From Planctomycetota bacterium (GTDB lineage: Bacteria > Planctomycetota > UBA1135 > UBA2386): a stretch of DNA of 64,000 bases. The translations under genes and the position numbers were made by a program. Under the pieces are notes generated by a model that worked only from the letters and a program-made list of their open reading frames with translations, was not told the origin of the DNA and made no database searches. Below, piece by piece: positions 60,092 to 64,000 of the stretch. How positions within the stretch are numbered: position 1 is the first letter of the stretch; each line of letters opens with the position of its first letter. Where the stretch lies: NCBI GenBank assembly GCA_046290465.1, contig JBKAGP010000001.1:4800001-4864000 (forward strand), read 5' to 3'.

Positions 60092-62206
60092 TCAGCTCGC
60101 CAGCCTGGCCAGGTCGGCGACGCGGTTCATCAGCGCGTGCAGTTCGCCGAGCAGCGCGTGACGGTTCTTGCGCAGCGCCTCGTCGTCGGCGTTGACCATC
60201 ACCTTGTCGAAGAACGCGTCGACGGGTGCCTTCAGCGCCGCGCAGTCGGCCAGCGCAGCCTCGTAGTCGCCGGCGTCGAACCGGGGGCCGGCCGTCGCCA
60301 CGACCTGCTGCAGCGCCTGGTGCAGCGCCTTCTCCTGGTCGTCCTGCAGCAGCGTCGCGTCGGTCGTGCCGAACGGGCCCTCTTCGCTCTTCTTGAGGAT
60401 GTTGCCGATCCGCTTGTTGGCGGCGGCCAGCGACTCGGCTTCGGGCAGCTTCGAGAACGCGCGCACCGCGCTGAGACGCGCGTGCACGTCGGCGAGCCGC
60501 TGCGGGCGCAGGCTGACGACGGCGTCGATCTCCTGTGGCGTGTAGCCCTGGTCCTTCAGCGAGGTCGCCAGGCGATCGAAGAAGAACTCCTGCAGCTTGC
60601 CGGAGGGGTCTTCGACCTTGTCGCCGAACACCGGCGTCGCCAGTTCGATCAGCTGGTCCAGCTGCAGCGGCAGTTCGCGTTCGACCAGCATGCGGATCGT
60701 GCCGAGCGCGTGGCGGCGCAGCGCGAAGGGGTCCTTGTCGCCGGTCGGCACCTGGCCGATGCCGAACAGGCCGACCAGCGTCTCGAGCTTGTCGGCGAGC
60801 GCGACCGCGACGCCGACCTGGTTGCGCGGCAGTTCGTCTCCGGCGAACCGCGGCTTGTAGTGGTCCTCGATCGCCTCGGCGATCACGTCGGCCTCGCCGT
60901 CGTGGCGCGCGTAGTAGCCGCCCATGACGCCCTGCAGCTCGGGGAACTCGCCGACCATCTCGGTCAGCAGGTCGGCCTTGGCGAGCTGCGCCGCGCGTTC
61001 GCACTGCGTCGCGAGTTCGTCGCCGCCGAGCAGCGCGCCGATCGCCCTGGCGAGCGCGCGCACGCGGTCGATGCGCTCGCCCTGGCTGCCGAGCTGGTTG
61101 TGGTAGACGACCTTCTGCAGGCCCGGAAGGCGCTCTTCGAGCTTCTTCTTCTGGTCGGTCTCGTAGAAGAACTTGGCGTCGGCGAGGCGCGGCCGCACGA
61201 CGCGCTCGTTGCCGCCGATCACGTCGCCGGGGTCGTCGGGGGTGATGTTGCTGACGATCAGGAAGCGGTTGGTCAGCCTGCCGTCCGCGTCGAGCAGCGG
61301 GAAGTACTTCTGGTTGAGCTTCATCGTCAGGATCAGGCACTCCTGCGGCACGCTCAGGAACTCCGGTTCGAACGTGCACAGCAGCACGTTGGGCCGCTCG
61401 ACCAGCGCGGTGACCTCGTCGAGCAGGTCGTCGTCGTCGATCGGCGTCAGCCCTTCGGCCTCGGCCTTCTGCTGCAGCTGGCGCGCGATCTCGGCGCGCC
61501 GCTCCGCGAACGACGCGATCACCGCACCTTCGTCGGCCAGCTGCCGCGCGTAGCCATCGGCGTCGGCGACGGTCAGCACGTCGGCCTTCGACTCGAAGCG
61601 GTGGCCCTGCGTCTGGTTGCCCGAACGGATGCCGAGCGCCTGCACGTCGACGACCTCGCTGCCGTGCAGCGCCGTCAGCCGGTGCGCCGGCCGCACGAAC
61701 TTGACGTTGCTCCAGCCGTCCTGCTGCTGGTAGGTCATGACCTTGGGGATCGGCAGCTTGTCGATCGTCAGGTCCAGCGCCTGCTGCAGGCCTTGCTGCA
61801 GGTCGGCGCCCGGTTCGACGCGGTCGAGCCACAGCGCGTCGTTCTTGCCGTCGGACTTCTGCTTCAGGGTCGGCACCACCGCGTCGATCTGGTCGTCCGC
61901 GATGCCCATGCCCGCGAGCTTCTTCTTGAGTGGCATGGTCGCCTTGCCGTCGCCGTCGAGGCCGACCTTGACCGGCACCAGCTTGACCTCGACCTGCCGA
62001 TCTTCGGCGCGCGCGGCGACCGCTTCGACGTGCACGGCGAGGCGCCGCGGCGTCGCGTAGGTGGTCGCGCCACCGCCCGCGGCACAGAGGCCCTGCTCGC
62101 GCAGGCTGTCGACCAACACCGAACCGAACGCCGCCCCGAGCTTCTTCAGGGACTTCGGCGGCAGCTCTTCGACGAACAGTTCGACCAGCAGGCTCTTGGT
62201 GCTCAT
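60092..62206 (-). CDS. glyS: Glycine--tRNA ligase beta subunit
   Basis: LLVELFVEELPP, TPRRLAV, FVRP, GNERVVRPRLADAKFF, MVGEFPELQG, DPFALRR, FFDKVMVN. Confidence 0.97.
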   Translation of the reverse strand: MSTKSLLVELFVEELPPKSLKKLGAAFGSVLVDSLREQGLCAAGGGATTYATPRRLAVHVEAVAARAEDRQVEVKLVPVKVGLDGDGKATMPLKKKLAGMGIADDQIDAVVPTLKQKSDGKNDALWLDRVEPGADLQQGLQQALDLTIDKLPIPKVMTYQQQDGWSNVKFVRPAHRLTALHGSEVVDVQALGIRSGNQTQGHRFESKADVLTVADADGYARQLADEGAVIASFAERRAEIARQLQQKAEAEGLTPIDDDDLLDEVTALVERPNVLLCTFEPEFLSVPQECLILTMKLNQKYFPLLDADGRLTNRFLIVSNITPDDPGDVIGGNERVVRPRLADAKFFYETDQKKKLEERLPGLQKVVYHNQLGSQGERIDRVRALARAIGALLGGDELATQCERAAQLAKADLLTEMVGEFPELQGVMGGYYARHDGEADVIAEAIEDHYKPRFAGDELPRNQVGVAVALADKLETLVGLFGIGQVPTGDKDPFALRRHALGTIRMLVERELPLQLDQLIELATPVFGDKVEDPSGKLQEFFFDRLATSLKDQGYTPQEIDAVVSLRPQRLADVHARLSAVRAFSKLPEAESLAAANKRIGNILKKSEEGPFGTTDATLLQDDQEKALHQALQQVVATAGPRFDAGDYEAALADCAALKAPVDAFFDKVMVNADDEALRKNRHALLGELHALMNRVADLARLAS

Positions 62207-62313
62207 TTTGCGCCGAAGATCCTAGCCCGCATCGCGCGCCAGCAACACGCCGGAACGCCGACGAACGGCGAGAACGACCAGACGGCGGGAGTGCGCCCGA
62301 TGCCACCGCGCGA

Positions 62314-63033
62314 CTAGTCGAAGAACCGATACCGCGCGATCGCCCAGGCTGCCGCCACCGCGTCCTTCCAGCCGATCTTCTTGCCGTCGGCGAACGCGCG
62401 GCCGCGGTAGCGGATCGGGGTCTCCCAGATGCGGGCGTCGCTGCGCGCGATCTTGGCGGTCAGCTCTGGCTCGACCGTGAATCGGCGGCTCTTGATGCGG
62501 ATCGGCGCCAGCACTTCGCGGCGGAAGCACTTGTAGCACGTCTCCATGTCGGTCAGGTTGAGGCCGGTCGTCAGGTTGCTGACGAACGTCAGGAAGCGGT
62601 TGCCGAGGTAGTGCACGAACGCGTCGCGTTCGCGGTTGGGGTCGTCCCGGTCGACCAGGTAGCGCGAGCCGTAGACGACGTCGGCGTGGCCGTCGACGAT
62701 CGGCTGGATCAGCGCGCGGTAGTCCTGCGGGTCGTACTCCAGGTCGGCATCCTGGATGACGACGACGTCCCCCTTGGCCGCCTCGAAGCCGGTGCGCAGC
62801 GCCGCGCCCTTGCCGAGGTTCTGCTCGTGCATCAGCACGCGCACGCGGCTGCGCGGTTCGAGGAACCGCAGCAGGCTGCGGCTCGCGTCGGTGCTGCCGT
62901 CGTCGACCAGGATCAGCTCCTTTGGCGTCGGCTCGGCGAGCACGGCGTCGACGATCTCGACGAGGGTCTTCTCCTCGTTGTAGACCGGCATCACGACGGT
63001 CAGCAGGAAGTCGTCGGGGAGCGGTGCGGCCAC
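62314..63033 (-). CDS. Glycosyltransferase family 2 (DPM1-like)
   Basis: VVMPVYNE, VDDGSTD, NLGKGAA, QDADLEYDP, DMETCYK, GKKIGWKD. Confidence 0.93.
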   Translation of the reverse strand: MAAPLPDDFLLTVVMPVYNEEKTLVEIVDAVLAEPTPKELILVDDGSTDASRSLLRFLEPRSRVRVLMHEQNLGKGAALRTGFEAAKGDVVVIQDADLEYDPQDYRALIQPIVDGHADVVYGSRYLVDRDDPNRERDAFVHYLGNRFLTFVSNLTTGLNLTDMETCYKCFRREVLAPIRIKSRRFTVEPELTAKIARSDARIWETPIRYRGRAFADGKKIGWKDAVAAAWAIARYRFFD

Positions 63034-63091
63034 GTGCTGCTGTGATACGCGGCCGCGGCGCTGCCTTCCAGTCCGACCGCCTTCCAGACGA

Positions 63092-63667
63092 CTACAGGCC
63101 GACCTGATCGACCTTGTCCTCGCCGTCGAAGCGCACCGAGCGGCTCACGAAGCGGCGCCATTCGTAGGTCAGCGTGTTGGCCGTCTCCGACGGGTTGGTG
63201 CTCTTCGGCGGGTAGCCGACCGCGAGGAACACGGCATCGCGCGACATGCCGCGGCGGATCTCGCCGTTCTCGATGCCGGCGCGGTCGACCTCACTGAGGC
63301 CCTCGGGCATCGCGACGGGCGTGTCCGAGAAGTGGCGTTCCTTCCACTCGGTGATCGGCATCTGCGAGTGCTTGGCCACGTAGTCGATGTAGTACTGGTT
63401 GCCGTCGCCGTCGCGCAGCGTGATGCTGCGGCCGGTCATGCCCTCGAGGGTCAGCTGTGTGCCCATCGGCACGAACGTCGGCATGCTCAGGTAGTTGGTC
63501 GAATACATCAGGTAGCGGCCGCGCTTGGTGTCGAACCGCATGCCGACCTTGGTGTAGACCGGCTGGTTGACCGCTTCCGCGGGCAGGATTTCGCGGTTCC
63601 TGGACTTGCAGCCGGCGACGAGCAGCGCGGCGGCGACGAACGTGAGCGAGCGAAGCAGGGTCTTCAT
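63092..63667 (-). CDS. Hypothetical lipoprotein
   Basis: Lipobox [20 protein letters not shown] (BamE/SmpA-like C-terminal motif). Confidence 0.78.
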   Translation of the reverse strand: MKTLLRSLTFVAAALLVAGCKSRNREILPAEAVNQPVYTKVGMRFDTKRGRYLMYSTNYLSMPTFVPMGTQLTLEGMTGRSITLRDGDGNQYYIDYVAKHSQMPITEWKERHFSDTPVAMPEGLSEVDRAGIENGEIRRGMSRDAVFLAVGYPPKSTNPSETANTLTYEWRRFVSRSVRFDGEDKVDQVGL

Positions 63668-63756
63668 GGCGGCAGCGTAACCATCGACGCGATCGGTTTG
63701 TTGCACCGGAATCAGGGGGCATGCGGGTGCCGCGTCCGCGGGCTAGACTCTCCGCC

Positions 63757-64000
63757 ATGCGACGTCTCCCTCGCGCGTCTGCTCGTCCGCTCGGCAGCCT
63801 GGCTGCGGCGGCGCTGCTCCCTGCCGCGCTGTTCGCACAGGCCGAAGGCGCCACGGCGGTCGACTTCGACCGCGACGTGCGCCCGATCCTGTCCAACCAC
63901 TGCTTCTCGTGCCACGGCCCCGACGCCGCGCACCGGCAGGGGGACCTGCGGCTCGACTCGAAGGCCGAGGCGATGCGGGTGATCGCGCCCGGGGACGCCG
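63757..64000 (+). CDS. Planctomycete cytochrome c domain protein, 5' part (runs off right edge; absent from the ORF track)
   Basis: Translated by hand: ...[30 protein letters not shown]...LRLD; TAGACT box 7 nt upstream. Confidence 0.9.
   Translation, partial: MRRLPRASARPLGSLAAAALLPAALFAQAEGATAVDFDRDVRPILSNHCFSCHGPDAAHRQGDLRLDSKAEAMRVIAPGDA

Overview
High-GC bacterial DNA, densely coding (about 50 CDS). I recognised no rRNA, tRNA, CRISPR array or transposase. The gene content points to Planctomycetota (inference): a planctomycete cytochrome c at the right edge, a PVC-type heme-binding dehydrogenase, three ECF sigma/Ser-Thr kinase pairs, DUF1080, and FG-GAP/ASPIC proteins. Highlights: (1) a hidden ~357-aa secreted thioredoxin-like/MsrA-like fusion with two in-frame UGA codons at redox-Cys positions, each followed by a SECIS-like hairpin (6935-8008, split into fragments in the ORF track). 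(2) A translationally coupled four-gene operon (44925-52532) that could form a complete NAD(P)H-to-cell-surface electron wire: a ferredoxin + permuted flavoreductase + diheme-b membrane fusion, a 23-heme cytochrome, a beta-barrel and a 22-heme lipoprotein. (3) Short tandem arrays that start at gene stop codons. (4) Two families of small dispersed elements: a 43-bp-arm palindrome (4 copies) and an 87/88-bp CTAG-bounded element (2 copies). (5) A shared C-terminal domain on unrelated secreted proteins. (6) TANNNT boxes just upstream of many start codons, suggesting leaderless mRNAs. (7) A glucuronokinase-nucleotidyltransferase fusion and an orphan, Betaproteobacteria-like glyS. All family calls come from motif recognition by eye; no searches were run.
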